Under the pieces are notes generated by a model, which saw only the letters and a list, made by a program, of their open reading frames with translations, was not told where the DNA came from and searched no databases. Shown here piece by piece: positions 62,417-64,000 of a stretch of 64,000 nt of DNA. The stretch spans positions 8,417-72,416 of the forward strand of contig CAIRTQ010000007.1 in NCBI GenBank assembly GCA_903881545.1, in the 5' to 3' direction. Source of the stretch: an uncultured Elusimicrobia bacterium. GTDB taxonomy: Bacteria; Elusimicrobiota; Elusimicrobia; UBA1565; UBA9628. Every line of letters begins with the position of its first letter. Within the stretch, counting starts at the first letter, position 1. The translations under genes were made by a program, and so were the position numbers.

Positions 62417-64000
62417 ATGGCCAACCACAAGACAAAACTTGAGCTCACCTGGATCGGCAAGGAAAATCGGCCCAAGCTGGAGCCTCGGATTTTCATCGAA
62501 GATCCGGCCAAGTCCCAGCACGCTCCGTTCCGTGTCGGCAAGAACGACATCTTTGATAACCGCCTCGTCTTTGGGGACAACCTGCTGGCGCTTAAGGCGG
62601 TGGAACAGGAATTTTCCGGAAAAATCAAATGTATTTACGTTGATCCCCCGTTCAATACGCAGCAGGCCTTTGAGCATTACGATGACGGAATCGAACACTC
62701 CCTCTGGCTTTCTCTCATGCGGGACCGCTTCGAGTTGCTGCGCGATCTGCTCGCGGAGGATGGATCACTTTTCGTCCATATCGACGATAACGAGCTGGGG
62801 TATCTGATCGTCTTACTCGATGAGGTTTTCGGCCGCAAAAACCGTGGATATGTTGTGACTTTCAAGCAAGGGTCGGCGACTGGACATAAATCAATCAATC
62901 CCGGCTGTGTGAACACGACGAACTATGTCGTCCTCTACACAAAAAACAGGACGGCCTGGAAGCCAAACCGTCTTTTCACAGGCAGAGAGCGCGATACAAG
63001 ATACGGTCAGTTTATCCCCAACAGAGACCAACATCATGATGGCTGGAAGATAACGACCTTAATGAAGGCATTCGCGGCCAATCTCGGCGTCATTGAGAAG
63101 GAGGCCAGAAAACTTACCAAGGATCAGCCTGAGTTGATAGACCAGTTTGTTCTTGAAAATGCAAAGAGCGTAATTAGGCTCGCTCGACCCGATTACGACA
63201 GCGTCAGTGCGGATGCGAAGAAGCTAATTGATGCTTCCGCTGCAAAACCTGATCGGATTCTTAGATTGGAACGGGAAGGCTATTCGGACATCTATTTGAT
63301 CGGTGGCGAAAGAATTCTATTCTATTCGGACAAGCTCAAATTGATTGATGGAGAGCATGTCGCGGGTGAACCACTTACAACGCTATGGGACGACATCCTG
63401 TCCAATAACCTTCATGCGGAGGGCGGGATCGAATTCCCGAAGGGCAAGAAGCCAGAAGCTCTAATCAAGCGAGTCTTAGAACTTGCAACCAATCCCGGCG
63501 ATTGGGTCCTCGACTCCTTCGCCGGCTCCGGCACCACCGGCGCCGTCGCCCACAAAATGGGCCGCCGCTGGATCATGGTCGAGCTCGGCGAACACTGCCA
63601 CACCCACATCATCCCCCGCCTAAAAAAAGTCATCGATGGCCAAGACCCCGGCGGCATCACCGAGTCCGTCAACTGGAAAGGCGGCGGCGGCTTCCGCTAC
63701 TATCACCTAGCGCCTTCCCTTCTGGAGAAAGACCAGTTCGACAACTGGGTCATTAGCAAAAAGTACAATCCCCCAATGCTGACCGAAGCCATCTGCAAAT
63801 TGGAAGGCTTCATCTACGCCCCAAGCGATACGGTCTACTGGCAGCACGGCCGCTCAACCGAGAGGGACTTCATCTACGTGACCACCCAGACCCTCTCCCG
63901 CGAGCAATTTCAGAAGCTATCGGACGAGGCCGGCGAGGGCCGCAGCCTCCTCGTCATGTGCGGGGCTTTTCGCGTCAAGAATCTCGATGAGTTCCCGAAT
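62417..64000 (+). CDS. Beta-class N6-adenine (N6_N4 type) DNA methyltransferase, Type III Mod-like (3' end outside the window)
   Basis: Not in the ORF track because no stop occurs before 64000. My own translation gives MANHKTKLELTWIGKENRPKLEP..., motif IV YVDPPFN (62642-62653), motif I DSFAGSGTT (about 63512-63538) and GGGGFRYY. 528 codons are open to the window end. Confidence 0.9.
   Translation, partial: MANHKTKLELTWIGKENRPKLEPRIFIEDPAKSQHAPFRVGKNDIFDNRLVFGDNLLALKAVEQEFSGKIKCIYVDPPFNTQQAFEHYDDGIEHSLWLSLMRDRFELLRDLLAEDGSLFVHIDDNELGYLIVLLDEVFGRKNRGYVVTFKQGSATGHKSINPGCVNTTNYVVLYTKNRTAWKPNRLFTGRERDTRYGQFIPNRDQHHDGWKITTLMKAFAANLGVIEKEARKLTKDQPELIDQFVLENAKSVIRLARPDYDSVSADAKKLIDASAAKPDRILRLEREGYSDIYLIGGERILFYSDKLKLIDGEHVAGEPLTTLWDDILSNNLHAEGGIEFPKGKKPEALIKRVLELATNPGDWVLDSFAGSGTTGAVAHKMGRRWIMVELGEHCHTHIIPRLKKVIDGQDPGGITESVNWKGGGGFRYYHLAPSLLEKDQFDNWVISKKYNPPMLTEAICKLEGFIYAPSDTVYWQHGRSTERDFIYVTTQTLSREQFQKLSDEAGEGRSLLVMCGAFRVKNLDEFPN

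Larger units (their letters stand above)
55096..64000 (+). other. Low-GC five-gene defence-type island/operon (right border not in the window)
   Basis: Gene junctions are +5, -17, +5 and +2 nt. Hand-counted 60-nt lines inside give 45-57% GC (for example 56101, 60781, 61381), against 62-67% in flanking hyp genes (53581, 54601). Confidence 0.7.

Noticed and set aside
63622-63628. A7 run in the Mod-like gene (and A6 at about 62941) as a possible phase-variation tract.
   Set aside because: These are too short for efficient slipped-strand switching, and no longer simple-sequence repeat is present in the visible part of the gene.
1-64000. Search by eye for CRISPR arrays, rRNA/tRNA genes, IS elements, integrases and long direct or inverted repeats.
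   Set aside because: None was recognised. All spacers over 75 nt (3480-3644, 10815-11125, 12718-12817, 14913-15033, 29260-29348, 36555-36719, 40366-40443, 41845-41924, 44352-44484, 46653-46730, 49310-49398, 54923-55095) look like promoter or leader regions. A computational scan with tRNAscan-SE, Infernal/Rfam and a repeat finder is still needed.

Overview
High-GC bacterial chromosomal segment (about 62-70% GC on the 60-nt lines I counted by hand) with about 60 protein-coding genes. By eye I found no rRNA, tRNA, CRISPR array, transposase or integrase. All product calls come from motif recognition in the supplied translations, not from database searches. From 1 to 55 kb the content is mostly housekeeping: dnaG (3' part) and rpoD, a PGM/PMM-family mutase, eno and ftsB-like, two tandem lgt paralogues, an RluA-family synthase, a LysR regulator divergent from an orphan hypA, and an S1-domain protein. 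Then come a TPR protein and patatin, a KimA-like APC permease, three consecutive CYTH-like genes with an SLC13 transporter, ahcY, an MscS channel, a class-III aminotransferase and a DEAD-box helicase. Further on, purS-purL-purQ runs directly into three XDH-family molybdoenzyme subunit genes. The remainder is a DUF362 protein with a polyferredoxin, two radical SAM genes, sthA, a TlpA-like redoxin, an OPT transporter, a ferredoxin, an S9 peptidase, dacB and hypCDE. Many first-in-operon genes have a -10 box only 6-14 nt before the start codon, which suggests leaderless or near-leaderless mRNAs. The last 9 kb (55.1-64.0 kb) differs in composition (about 45-57% GC). It is one tightly packed five-gene operon: an SNF2 helicase, a 65-aa ORF, a Rad50/RloC-like ATPase with a CxxC hook and a HEPN-like tail, an OLD-family ATPase-TOPRIM nuclease, and a beta-class N6-adenine methyltransferase cut by the window end. 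This is the best candidate for an unusual or undescribed defence system. Because the window ends inside the methyltransferase, a larger known system such as DISARM class 1 or Type III R-M cannot be excluded.
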